Below the pieces are notes generated by a model. It had not been told where the DNA came from, searched no databases, and saw nothing but the letters and a program-made list of their open reading frames with translations. A stretch of DNA of 64,000 nt, from assembly GCA_965205015.1 (NCBI GenBank), contig OZ242029.1:1760001-1824000 (forward strand). Reading direction: 5' to 3'. Each line of letters starts with the position of its first letter. Position 1 is the stretch's first letter. A program made the position numbers and the translations under genes. This stretch comes from Candidatus Poribacteria bacterium. GTDB taxonomy: Bacteria; Poribacteria; WGA-4E; WGA-3G. Below are positions 17,801 to 27,304 of this stretch, piece by piece.

Positions 17801-20800
17801 CAGCTGTACCTCAGGATTGTGTCTCCATTTGCCCAAGATGGGAGTTCAGATGGCGAATATAGCGTGAAAATATCGCTTGTTGACAAAGCGGGGAACCGTT
17901 CGGATTCTGAACACACCGTCGTTTATGATTCCAAAGTGCCGCAGCTTTCTTCTGTCGTGTTGAATACTGAGCCTTCAACAGTGCTGGAACCGCAGCTGAT
18001 TGAGATGATTACTGAGCCCGTTAGCAGTATTACCCTTCAATTTTTTGAGGAAGCGACACGCATTGACTTTACCAATACCGCGGTTGAGTTAGCAGGTCCA
18101 GTAGAGGCTGCTGTCCCGGTCAATGTATCTGTGGATACGCCTACACAACTCACTCTCCGTTTTGTTGAATTGATAGAGGACGGTTCCTATACACTGTCGA
18201 TAACGCCGCGGGATATTGTGGGGAATGCTGCACAAGGTGCCGTGCGTTACGCGTTTATGATCGACACGGAAGCCCCTCAGATCACTGCCCCGACACCTTT
18301 GATATTTAACCAGAGTCCTGTTACGTATATCGGTAGCGCATTAAGACAATTTCAGTTCGCGTTTACTGTTACAGATGTAGGTCCAGCGGATCTGTATTTG
18401 GAGGAACAAACCATTGAAGTCGTGAGTGCATCTGGGGTGAATATTCCGGTCGCTGTGACGTATGACGAGTTGACGAATCAAATCTTTTTGTCACTGCCTG
18501 CCTCCTTTCCTCGAGACGGGAGTGTGGATGGTGAATATACCGTAAAAGTCTCGCTCGTCGACAAGGCGGGGAATCGTTCGGATTCCGAGTACACCGCGGT
18601 TTATGATTCCAAGGCACCTCAAATAGGTTCGGTGATGGTGAATACTGACCCCCCGATGGAGCTTATCCCGAATCGGGTTCCCGAGCTCGTGGAACCTATC
18701 AACAGTATCACCCTTCAATTTGAAGAGGCGACGCGGATTAATTTTGCCAATACGCAGATCACGTTGATGGGACCCGAATCAACGACTACGGACGGTGAGG
18801 CTACAACACCCACAATTCCGCTGACATTGGAGGATGATGGCGTATCTCAGATGACCCTCAGTTTCTTGGATTTGGAACAGATCGGTGCGTATGTCCTGTC
18901 TGTTACACCGCAAGACGTAGCAGGAAATGCCGCCGCAGGTCCTACTGAGTATAGATTCCTTGTGGAGATACCGCTGCCGCGCGTCGGTGCTGTTGTTATC
19001 GGGGAAGTAGAAACAGAGGCAAGCGGGGATGTCGCCTACGTCAATGCAGGCAATATGCGCATCGGCGCGTTTCTCCTTGACCCGACGGAGACGGGGTTAT
19101 CCTTTGGTAATGAAGGATCGGTTATCCAGGTGACGGAATCCGATGGAACCACAATTGTTCCCGGTAGAATAGGCTCCAATGGAGAAGACCTGATCGTTTG
19201 GGAACCGGTAACCCTTACATCGGATGGCACCACGGATGGCAGATACAATGTAGTCGTTGTACCCATTGATAAAGCCGGGCGGCAAGGAAGCGCGGTGTAT
19301 CGTGAATTTATCTATGACACACAGGAACCAGAGATCACAGCGGCTGGCCCAATCCCAATAGATTTGAGTCAACCCGTCTCCTATATGAGCCAGAGTTTGA
19401 CACAATTCAACTTCACTATCCAAGATATCGGTCCCGCAGACCTTGAGTTGTCGGATCAGGAAGTCAGCCTCCGCGATGCAGGGGGTGGTTTGGTCCCGGC
19501 ACAACTCACGAACAATGCTGAAAACCGACTCTTCCTCACGTTAGACCAACCCTTACCCCTCGATGGCAGTATGGATGGGGAATATACCCTCCGTGTTGCG
19601 TTGGTGGATAAGGCAGGAAACCCCTACACGGTCGAACACCTGATCGTCTATGATACACAGGCACCCACGCTTGTTTCTACAGTGCCAGCTGATGGTGCCC
19701 TACTGACAGAGGATATTACGGAGGTACACGTAACGCTCAACGATGAAGGTGGGAGTGGTATTGACTGGACAGCAACGACGGTGATGTTGGTTGACCCGAC
19801 TGGCGAGCAAATATCCGGTGAACTCGTCAGTGACGGAGAAACCGAGTTAACCCTTACGACAAACCAACTCGTTGAAGATGGTCGATATATCGTCCGTGTG
19901 CAAGCCTTTGACCGTGCAGGCAACGGAGGCGCGGTCATCTTTGAGCAGAGTTTTCTCTTGTCAAGGCGTTTGCCCACCATTGTTTCGACGGAACCTATTA
20001 CAGCACCCGTGGATGAAGCGTTTATGAATGAAGAACTCGAGCGGATAGAAGTAACGCTTGAAACAGATGACGAAAATCACTTATCAACACTTCGTTTACT
20101 AAATCCTGCTACTGAGGTCGTCGCGGGACAACTGCAACGAGAAACTGATCAGTTGATCTATAATCTTGTCCGGCCACTCGCCACCGACGGGTCCGAAGAT
20201 GGGGTCTATACCATTGAATTTACACCCATCAGTGCTTCTGGACGGAGCGGGGCGCTTCAACGATTGACCTTCACCTACGACACAGAGGCACCAGAGATTG
20301 AGACAGATGAAGCAATTAACCTCGTTGTCGTGCAACCGGAGGTTAACAATTCTCTGACAGAAATTCACGTCAGTCTTACCGACGACACGTCCGGCATTGA
20401 TTGGAAAAGCCTTGACGAGAAATGGTTGACCTTTGAACGACTGTCACCGAATCCAGCCAAAATTTCGGGACACATCTCTGACGATGGAGAAGAGACCCTG
20501 ACTTTCCGGTTGACTGTGCCGCTCGCAGACAACGGTTCCGCAGATGGTGAATATCGAATTACCCTTAACCCGAAGGACCGGGCAGGTAACGACGATGAAC
20601 CTTATGAAAAGGTCTTCGTCTACGATACCAGTCCGCCGATGATTGATTCAAGCACGTTACTTATCAATGAGGTGCCACTCCTTGTTGACATCAATGCGGA
20701 AAATTACCCAACCGCGGTTTCAACAACAGGCGGTGTTGTCCTCCAGGCGAACATCTTTGACACTGGTTTAGGGGTGAACTTGGCGAAATCGAGGATTGTT

Positions 20801-21682
20801 GTGAGAGGTCCCGATGGATCGGAGATTTCGGGTAGCACGCAGCAGAACGGCGTGGACACTCTCATTTTCAAATCCGATGGATTTAGGGTCGAAGGTATCT
20901 ATAATGTCACGATTGTGAGCATCGGGAATGATTCCGAACTCCTCGGATTCGCACCAACGGATTCGTTGACCACCGCATTTCTATATGAAACCACCGTACC
21001 GACTGCCGCTATAACGAGCGATGGGGGTGAAACCGAGCTGACCGATAAGGCACTCCCTTTAGAAGGTACAGCCGCCGACCCAAGTGGCACGCAGCGGATC
21101 GGTGAAAACGAAATTCAAGTCCCGGCATCCGGCGTATGGCTCGTTGAGATCGTCGGCACCGGACCCGACAAACAACCCATAGATCCTGTTGCTGCTGTTG
21201 ATGATAGCGACGCAGAACAGGAACCGTGGAGCGTTTGGTCGATTGACTTTCTGCCAACACGTTCCGGTGAATACGACTTAGATGTCCGGGTCACTGACAA
21301 TGCGGGGAACTATGAGGTTTACGACATTGGCGAGTATACGATGTCTGTATCTCTCACTTTCCGAGGGTCGACCTTTGGATGGCCAAACCCACTCCGACTT
21401 TCAAAGCGGGATGTTGCTTTCTTCTCCTTTGATGTCAATGTGCCACGCGGAGACACGATTGAACTCACACTGAGTATCTACGATTGGAGTGGTGACATGG
21501 TACTCTCCCAAACGTATCCCGATGTTGTATCAGGGCAGCGCAACGATCAGTTGGTGAAGTGGAATTTGGAGAATCAGGCGGGTACCCCTGTCGCACGAGG
21601 CCTCTATGTCTTCAGATTGGAAGCCGTCAATTCAGCGGGAAATCGCGCCAACATTGTCGGCAAAGTGTTGGTCGTGGAATAG
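14852..21682 (+). CDS. Giant Ig-like repeat surface protein with C-terminal FlgD-Ig/T9SS type A-like sorting domain (true start probably somewhat downstream)
   Basis: Many ~110-aa repeats ending DGxYxxxxxxxDxAGN; acidic; C-terminus WPNP...IYDWSGDMV...WNLENQAGTPVARGLYVFRL. Confidence 0.85.
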   Translation: MCLHANRRNLVSFGLATSREKRVSTNKDMYGVTCRSMHNSRDQRDSGSYPPTRFPIRSGLANFLFFLSFVCFAILTIPTPGWTKLTGLRVDAGGDNIFRGGVDRLRITFSVDDEDDEAPYIVQVMNEGKTETLGIIDQGTVSADETVNLFWDGTINGTRLPDAIYTIRVTVDDGVVDDGVPPADEVLTAKATLDTSRPRVSGVFANDDPAKEITDGSFITEPLESIMVTGVDEGVGGDIDLGNRRNTIFLRNAQQVVVRGTLDYRPGQEGGQDRPAVPGSLTFTLVDPLDEPSENGKYTLILILIDEAGNVVQSLREFTFDNIKPRLRRVSTNRGGLIPGGGVSQRLNYVEAVLTDNLEDGVDLFESTIKLYRKADGTGEQTLIPGEKTEDVESGKIRWSLLTPLLGRDDSQDGEYIIEVTVVDKAGNPADAVQIPFRYDNRAPSPVSVSPMDNRDEPFGPFPDTNYYNAPITGFIVDFGDTETDVDLAGRRRSTQIVFGTPKESGEGVNVLEGRVVTDTDSNTLTYILNQPIVSRDGTQDGQYLLNVQATDTLGNIKTYDYQIVYDTQPPALVSTTPTSNETVSELSQVQIKLDEKTSGIDFVQSDINFQLWKGRAADVLQDEPSEARQVPVNIASNGMDTVTLTLLKPIALDFSDDGTYTIKVAPIDRAGNPGGNAVREFYLVSQKHEPEVRLTLPETTTVNTFPMVAVELVDYVGAGIDFNASTLVVRNPEGAPVSQEKIVRDAANNALTWTTEAVIPPDGSADGEYTIIATFVDFTGKSFTQQFSFVLDTQVPEVESVHVAIESQPELSVETITTFTESFSQIIVTFEDTRGDAEQDSQGLSNDVDFADTVVALAGPEGSISTNVSVYSPTQLAIRFVELIEDGSYTLSVTPQDIAGNTARGALHYAFLIDTESPRITAASPITLSEPVSYIGTDFRQFVFTIEDVGPADLFLEEQTVTLLDAAGNTVPTTLTYDEPTGQLYLRIVSPFAQDGSSDGEYSVKISLVDKAGNRSDSEHTVVYDSKVPQLSSVVLNTEPSTVLEPQLIEMITEPVSSITLQFFEEATRIDFTNTAVELAGPVEAAVPVNVSVDTPTQLTLRFVELIEDGSYTLSITPRDIVGNAAQGAVRYAFMIDTEAPQITAPTPLIFNQSPVTYIGSALRQFQFAFTVTDVGPADLYLEEQTIEVVSASGVNIPVAVTYDELTNQIFLSLPASFPRDGSVDGEYTVKVSLVDKAGNRSDSEYTAVYDSKAPQIGSVMVNTDPPMELIPNRVPELVEPINSITLQFEEATRINFANTQITLMGPESTTTDGEATTPTIPLTLEDDGVSQMTLSFLDLEQIGAYVLSVTPQDVAGNAAAGPTEYRFLVEIPLPRVGAVVIGEVETEASGDVAYVNAGNMRIGAFLLDPTETGLSFGNEGSVIQVTESDGTTIVPGRIGSNGEDLIVWEPVTLTSDGTTDGRYNVVVVPIDKAGRQGSAVYREFIYDTQEPEITAAGPIPIDLSQPVSYMSQSLTQFNFTIQDIGPADLELSDQEVSLRDAGGGLVPAQLTNNAENRLFLTLDQPLPLDGSMDGEYTLRVALVDKAGNPYTVEHLIVYDTQAPTLVSTVPADGALLTEDITEVHVTLNDEGGSGIDWTATTVMLVDPTGEQISGELVSDGETELTLTTNQLVEDGRYIVRVQAFDRAGNGGAVIFEQSFLLSRRLPTIVSTEPITAPVDEAFMNEELERIEVTLETDDENHLSTLRLLNPATEVVAGQLQRETDQLIYNLVRPLATDGSEDGVYTIEFTPISASGRSGALQRLTFTYDTEAPEIETDEAINLVVVQPEVNNSLTEIHVSLTDDTSGIDWKSLDEKWLTFERLSPNPAKISGHISDDGEETLTFRLTVPLADNGSADGEYRITLNPKDRAGNDDEPYEKVFVYDTSPPMIDSSTLLINEVPLLVDINAENYPTAVSTTGGVVLQANIFDTGLGVNLAKSRIVVRGPDGSEISGSTQQNGVDTLIFKSDGFRVEGIYNVTIVSIGNDSELLGFAPTDSLTTAFLYETTVPTAAITSDGGETELTDKALPLEGTAADPSGTQRIGENEIQVPASGVWLVEIVGTGPDKQPIDPVAAVDDSDAEQEPWSVWSIDFLPTRSGEYDLDVRVTDNAGNYEVYDIGEYTMSVSLTFRGSTFGWPNPLRLSKRDVAFFSFDVNVPRGDTIELTLSIYDWSGDMVLSQTYPDVVSGQRNDQLVKWNLENQAGTPVARGLYVFRLEAVNSAGNRANIVGKVLVVE

Positions 21683-21800
21683 CTGTCAGCGGGAATGGAA
21701 GGTTAGAAGGTTGGAAGATTGAGGTCTCCATCCTTCCACCCTTCCTTTCTTCCATCCGAGGACCTTCCACTCTTTAAATCATCAAAAAGGAGAATTTATA

Positions 21801-22781
21801 ATGCTGAAAAGGGGAATCGGTCTAATCGCAATAGTACTTCTCATGTTAACTGTGGCTGCCCCAAGCGCACACGCAATTAGTATCCACGATGGCGCGGGAA
21901 CAGTCGGTGCCGCTTTCTTAAAAATTGAAGGTGGAACTCGGCCTGTTGGAATGGGGGGTGCCTTCACTGGACTTGCGAATGATGTCAGCACTATCTTTTG
22001 GAATCCAGCAGGGTTAACCGCTGTCCACGATCAGGAACTCACCGCAATGCAACACTTCTCGTTTGCGGACATCAACAATCAAACCATCGGATACGCGCAG
22101 CGGATCGACCAACTCGTCTGGGGCGCGAGTTTTCTCGGAAGTTTCACTGAAATCGAACGCCGACAAGGACCAACAGAAGACCCAGATAGTACTGTGACAG
22201 TCGGGGGGTTCGCTACGGGGTTGTCTCTCGCCTACCCGCTTGGCACAGCACTGTCAGTCGGTGGCACGGCAAAGATGATTTCGCAACAATTGGACATTCA
22301 GAATGCCTATGGTGTTGCAGCAGATGTCGGTGTGATCTTACGTTTATTTGACAATCACCTCGGAATCGGGGTTGCTGTCCAAAATGCTGGGGTCTTAGAT
22401 GGTGGGGAAAATCTGCCGATGGCACTCCGGGCTGGGCTGGCTTATAGAACTTGGAAACAACCCGCGGAAACCGAAACAGAAGAAACAATGCCGCCAAGTG
22501 AGCTGTGGGCATTCGTTGCGGACGCAAACCTCCCGCTCCTTGATGCACATCCGAGTTTTCACATCGGGGCAGAACGGTGGTTTTACGAGAGCATTGCTGC
22601 ACGTATCGGATACCGGATCGGGATGAACGAGAATCCCAGTGATGGGTTAGCACTCGGTGTCGGTGTGCGACGCAGCGGTGAAGATGCATTGGCGAATATT
22701 GATTTCCAATTCGACTACGCTTTCGTGCCAGACGCCTATGTCGGTAATGCGCATCGCGTCTCTTTCATCACGCGGTTTTGA
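21801..22781 (+). CDS. PorV/PorQ-family outer membrane beta-barrel
   Basis: FLKIEGGTRPVGMGGAF and FWNPAGL motifs; C-terminal FDYAF...HRVSFITRF. Confidence 0.82.
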   Translation: MLKRGIGLIAIVLLMLTVAAPSAHAISIHDGAGTVGAAFLKIEGGTRPVGMGGAFTGLANDVSTIFWNPAGLTAVHDQELTAMQHFSFADINNQTIGYAQRIDQLVWGASFLGSFTEIERRQGPTEDPDSTVTVGGFATGLSLAYPLGTALSVGGTAKMISQQLDIQNAYGVAADVGVILRLFDNHLGIGVAVQNAGVLDGGENLPMALRAGLAYRTWKQPAETETEETMPPSELWAFVADANLPLLDAHPSFHIGAERWFYESIAARIGYRIGMNENPSDGLALGVGVRRSGEDALANIDFQFDYAFVPDAYVGNAHRVSFITRF

Positions 22782-22910
22782 CCCGGATTTTTACCATGCT
22801 AATGAGACCGTCGCCCTCTTATATCGGAGGGCAGGGCAATCCTTCAATGTAGGGGCTGGGGAACCCAGCCCTTACGGAAGATTGATAATCCGAGTTCAGA
22901 CTTTATTCAT

Positions 22911-24038
22911 TTACACACTTGCTTCAAGCATTCGCTGGATCGGCGTGCGCGCTTTATCAATAATTTCAGGACTCAATGTAACTTCGTATTCACCGAGATC
23001 CGCGTTCTGATCGATCGCTTCCAGAATGTTCGCTATTTTCCCCAAGCTCACCTGTGCCATATGTGAGCATCGGACTGAGCACGCTGTCCAGAACTGAACT
23101 TCTGGAAACTCTTGTGCCAGATTCGAGGTCAATTCACACTCCGAAGCAACAAAGGCACGCTCAAGTTGGTTCGCTCCAACACGCTCCGCTATATCCTTCA
23201 TGATTTGACTGGTACTGCCGTAAAAATCTGCTTCCTGTAAAACGTTTGGACGACATTCCCAGTGCGCGTAGAGTTTACGGCGAGGATGTCCTTTCGGGAT
23301 TTCAAACGATTCACGGATTCCGAGGAGATCATCCAGTGTGAATCTTTCATGAACTTCACAAACGGCGCCGCGCGCTGTGTTGTCTTTGCCGGGATAGACG
23401 ACATTTTTCTCGCCCTTCAGTTCTTCCTCCAAATTCTGCGCAAAGAAAATATCGGGCACGAAAATCACGGTATCCCCGGGCATCGTCTTCGCGATGTGTG
23501 CTGCATTCGCTGACGTACAGCAGATATCCGATTCTGCTTTCGCGTCGGCGTAGCTATTGACGTAAATCATCACTGGCGCACCGGGATAAAGTGCTTTCAA
23601 TTTTCTGACATCTTCGGCACCGAAGTTATCGGCGAGCGAGCATCCTGCTGTTTTATCTGCAACCAGCACTGTTTTGCTTGGATTTAGAATTTTCGCTGTT
23701 TCTGCCATGAAGGGTACGCCGTTAAAGATAAGATACGGGGCTTCTGTTTTTGCGGCGTACATACTCAGCCCGAGCGAATCGCCCTGCTCCTCTTTTTCAG
23801 AAAGTCCAAAAACCAGCGGCTCCATATAGTTGTGACCGAGCATCACAACGTTGTGTTTCTGTTTCAGTGTCCGTATCTTGTGAATCGTCTTCGCATGGGC
23901 TTCTATGTCAAGAAACGTTAAACTCGGGTGGTGACGGCTATATAATTCCTGTTTAACGTCCTCAAGGCTCAGTTCTGTCGTACAATTCGGTGCATCTGCT
24001 GTGTCGGGAGTCTCTCCCTTAGAATGTCTGACAGTCAT
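22911..24038 (-). CDS. nadA: Quinolinate synthase
   Basis: GHNY, GDSL, FMAETAKILNP, GCSLA, CTSANA, CEVHE, HWEC and CSHM motifs. Start set at ATG 24038 because the upstream extension consists of repeats. Confidence 0.92.
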   Translation of the reverse strand: MTVRHSKGETPDTADAPNCTTELSLEDVKQELYSRHHPSLTFLDIEAHAKTIHKIRTLKQKHNVVMLGHNYMEPLVFGLSEKEEQGDSLGLSMYAAKTEAPYLIFNGVPFMAETAKILNPSKTVLVADKTAGCSLADNFGAEDVRKLKALYPGAPVMIYVNSYADAKAESDICCTSANAAHIAKTMPGDTVIFVPDIFFAQNLEEELKGEKNVVYPGKDNTARGAVCEVHERFTLDDLLGIRESFEIPKGHPRRKLYAHWECRPNVLQEADFYGSTSQIMKDIAERVGANQLERAFVASECELTSNLAQEFPEVQFWTACSVRCSHMAQVSLGKIANILEAIDQNADLGEYEVTLSPEIIDKARTPIQRMLEASV

Positions 24039-24270
24039 TTTTTTACACGCTCCCAGTAGGTGTCGGTTATCGGTTGTCGGGCGTCGGTTACAAGCGGGTG
24101 TTTTTGCGGGGGTGTTTCCCTCGCTAAACGAGAACCTCTTCACCGAAAACTGAGAACCGAAAGGATTTTCATTAGAAAATCCGAACCGAAAACCATTTTT
24201 ATTCGTTCCAATTAGGATACTCCCAAAATATTTTTTTGTCAAGCCCTAATATATTCAAAAGGACACACAA

Positions 24271-24903
24271 ATGTTAAATTTATGTCATATTTTCTCGCTA
24301 AAACGAAAAAAAATCTGTGCATTCGTCCTTATTGTGTGTCTCATCCCGGGATTAGCACCAACTGCGGAGGGTGTTTCAGTCAAATTAAGAGGGAAAATAG
24401 TTTTAGGTGGGATTCTTTCGGGGGTGGCGTATGCGACGTATGCGCTTGTTAAACGTGACAAGCGGGCAGCGGAGAAGTTGCAGCTTCACCTCGGCCCGCC
24501 TGATCGGGTTATCCAGTTTGAACGTGGGTTTGATCGATGGCGTATCAACGCTTACGGAGAGCAGTGTTATCTATTTCGCAACAACCGGTTGGTAGGCAAG
24601 ACAGCTCTGAAAATTTCCTGTTCCTGTTCCATAAAGAGGCTTCCTTGGAAGACCCTCGGATGGAAGAACGGAGGAATGGAAGGATGGAACCTCCAACCTT
24701 CCAATCTTCCAACCTTCCAATCAAACACCTTCCAACCTTCCAATCAAACGCCATTTCTTATTGATACACCTGTTTCAGACCGCCCCACGTGGTTGCGGCT
24801 TTCCCTTTCGCGTCCACAGCGAGTCCCTCAATCTGTATCTTCCTATCTTTATCGGTTGGAAGCCGGACGTTTGCTTGGTCGGCGACTGTGGCTTTCACGT
24901 TAG
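24271..24903 (+). CDS. Hypothetical protein; C-terminal part probably read-through of octamer repeats
   Basis: The N-terminal ~110 aa look protein-like. Thereafter the ORF encodes CCTTCCAA repeats and overlaps the convergent gene. Confidence 0.4.
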   Translation: MLNLCHIFSLKRKKICAFVLIVCLIPGLAPTAEGVSVKLRGKIVLGGILSGVAYATYALVKRDKRAAEKLQLHLGPPDRVIQFERGFDRWRINAYGEQCYLFRNNRLVGKTALKISCSCSIKRLPWKTLGWKNGGMEGWNLQPSNLPTFQSNTFQPSNQTPFLIDTPVSDRPTWLRLSLSRPQRVPQSVSSYLYRLEAGRLLGRRLWLSR

Positions 24904-25432
24904 TCGTCACGAAAATCGCATCCAACATCGTGGCATCTTCCCGCACTGCGATCCGTAGGAGTGTTTCACCGGCTTTGTTGAATTTCCATTCCCGGTCGAA
25001 GGTTCCGCCATCTAACCAGTGATTGATCCGATCCCAATGCCAAGCAGCACCTTGACCAACACCCCAACGGAACTGTGTATTCTGGGTTGCTTGTGCATCT
25101 TCCTTTGGGTCGGCGGGTTCCCATGTTACCCAGAAGGAATCACTGTTGCCGTCCCACGCGATAACGTGACCCCAGAGTGCGTACTTCCCGGGTTCTGGGA
25201 TGTTGACAATAAAATCTGCATGACCTGCACCGCCGCCACCTTGTACAGGGGCACCTTCCATCCAGATGAATTTCCCATCAGAGGCGTCTTTCTCTTCATC
25301 AATAATCATCGGTTCTACGATCTCTTGTGCCAGTTCGGCTTCAAGTGCAATTTCTACCTCCGCCCTAAGCCCCACAATACCGCATAAAAACGCTGTCAAT
25401 ATAATCAGTGGAAAAATTATTCCGTATCTCAT
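24758..25432 (-). CDS. Secreted beta-sandwich (CBM-like) protein with TTWxxLK tail
   Basis: Signal peptide; EAE...PGKYALWG...NSDSFWV...REDATMLD; tail AVDAKGKAATTWGGLK. Confidence 0.75.
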   Translation of the reverse strand: MRYGIIFPLIILTAFLCGIVGLRAEVEIALEAELAQEIVEPMIIDEEKDASDGKFIWMEGAPVQGGGGAGHADFIVNIPEPGKYALWGHVIAWDGNSDSFWVTWEPADPKEDAQATQNTQFRWGVGQGAAWHWDRINHWLDGGTFDREWKFNKAGETLLRIAVREDATMLDAIFVTTNVKATVADQANVRLPTDKDRKIQIEGLAVDAKGKAATTWGGLKQVYQ

Positions 25433-25498
25433 TTTTTAATGTATGACCTCCTTATCGTAGGGGCGGGGTTTCCCCGCCCACTTATCCGCAAGGGAAAA

Positions 25499-26152
25499 TT
25501 AAAAACCCGCTTTGAGTTGACCCCACGTTGTCGTGAGTTTATCTTGCGGTTCGACAGGTGTTAAGGAATCTTCAGGAATTGGATCCCGCGGATTCACCTC
25601 TGCTTCGTCTTCTGAAAGATTGTCGGTGATGTAGATCACGTCCAGCATTGTTGCATCTTCCCGAACGGCGATACGCAGCGTGGTGTCCCCGGCTGCGTCT
25701 ATCTCCCATTCCCGTTCAAACGTGCCACCGTCTAACCAGTGGTTAATCCGATCCCAATGCCAGTCGTTACCTTGAGCAACGCCCCAGCGGAACTCAGTGT
25801 TCTGAGTGGCTTGTGCGTCTTCGTCTGGATCGGCGGGTTGCCATGTCACCCAGAAGGAATCGCTATTACCATCCCAAGCGATGACTTTGCCCCAGAGTGC
25901 GTAAGTGCCGGGTGCGGGGATATGGAGCGTGTATTCCGCCCACCCTTCACCACCACCACCAGCAACGGGTTCACCTTCCATCCAGATGAACTGTCCACCG
26001 GAAGCATCTGCATCGTCAGCGACGACCATCGGTGCTTCGATTGCATCCGCCATCTCTGCCTCGATCGCCCGTTCATAGCCGTAACTGATACCGCTTGTGA
26101 GCAGTAAACCAAGTATAAAGAACATACCGAATACTAACGTTTTGAAACGCAT
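25499..26152 (-). CDS. Tandem paralog of 24758-25432
   Basis: Near-identical core; tail PVEPQDKLTTTWGQLK. Confidence 0.75.
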   Translation of the reverse strand: MRFKTLVFGMFFILGLLLTSGISYGYERAIEAEMADAIEAPMVVADDADASGGQFIWMEGEPVAGGGGEGWAEYTLHIPAPGTYALWGKVIAWDGNSDSFWVTWQPADPDEDAQATQNTEFRWGVAQGNDWHWDRINHWLDGGTFEREWEIDAAGDTTLRIAVREDATMLDVIYITDNLSEDEAEVNPRDPIPEDSLTPVEPQDKLTTTWGQLKAGF

Positions 26153-26267
26153 GAAATGTCTCCTTTCATAAGTTGTCAGTTGTCAGTTATCAGTTGTCAG
26201 TTAAAGAGATGTCTGATTTGTATCCTGATACTGAAAACTGTTGTATAATCTGTTCTACCTATTTACC

Positions 26268-27266
26268 TTACATTTTCTTATGAGCCCGGATTTTGCCCCA
26301 TTGCTGAATCTGTAATGTTGACGGTTCTATAGGCAGGATATCCGAGTTTCCGCTGAACCATTTCGGTTGCGCTGCCCATGCCCCATTGTTAATCAATTCA
26401 CGACGTTCGGTTCCATCGGCATGCATCAGGTGGATAACCCATCTGCCGTCCTTTTCAAATTGAAACGCAAGCGTTTTGCCATTAGGCGCCCAAGCGGGAA
26501 CTGCCTCATCCGTTGGTGTGTCGGTGAGTGCTTGCTTGTTCCCACCATCAAGTGCATCCATAATATACAAGTCGAAATCGGCGAGTTCTACCTCTTGATG
26601 CATAGACGCGTATACGATCCGTGTGCCATCGGGCGACCAGGCAGGATAGGTGTCCATTAGCGGTTGATCTGTCAATCGCCGCTCCACCCGACTGCTTACA
26701 TCAATCACGTAGATATCCCAGTTAAGTTCCCGTTTTGAGTGGAAAACTAAGGTATTTCCATCGGGTGCCCACGCCGGGGCTTCATCTTCAAATGGATTAT
26801 CGGTGAGGTGGGTTACCTCGCCGTTCTTGAGATGCAGCAGGTAAATATTGAAATGCCCATCTCGATTTGACGTGAAAGCAAGTCGCTTACCATCGGGTGC
26901 CCAAGCAGGCGCCTTATCCGTTGCTGGGTGATGTGTTAAGCGTCGCTGATGGGTGCCATCAGCCTGCATCACATAAATTTCATGATTCCCATCGCGCCGA
27001 GAAAAAAAAGCGATCTGAACGCCATCAGGTGCCCACGTCGGGTAATAATCCGCAGCCGGATTTTGCGTAAGATTCACCGGTCGTCTGCCGGTTGTATCCG
27101 TCAAGTAAATTTCCCAATCACCGCTCACGTCCGAAGCAAAAGCGATCGTCACCGGCGGGTGCGGTTGGCACAGAGCACTGCTGATTAAAAGTGCAAACGT
27201 CACAAAAACACTGCCGAAGGTCGCGATTCGGAGATCGCGCCTACCGTATACTAACAAAATTTGCAT
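26268..27266 (-). CDS. TolB-like PD40/WD40-like repeat protein
   Basis: Repeated PAWAPDG..LAF.S.RDG..IY units; variant tail PIEPSTLQIQQWGKIR. Confidence 0.85.
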   Translation of the reverse strand: MQILLVYGRRDLRIATFGSVFVTFALLISSALCQPHPPVTIAFASDVSGDWEIYLTDTTGRRPVNLTQNPAADYYPTWAPDGVQIAFFSRRDGNHEIYVMQADGTHQRRLTHHPATDKAPAWAPDGKRLAFTSNRDGHFNIYLLHLKNGEVTHLTDNPFEDEAPAWAPDGNTLVFHSKRELNWDIYVIDVSSRVERRLTDQPLMDTYPAWSPDGTRIVYASMHQEVELADFDLYIMDALDGGNKQALTDTPTDEAVPAWAPNGKTLAFQFEKDGRWVIHLMHADGTERRELINNGAWAAQPKWFSGNSDILPIEPSTLQIQQWGKIRAHKKM

Positions 27267-27304
27267 TTTTTGTCTATGTTGTTTTTACCGGCTGGGACAA
27301 AATA

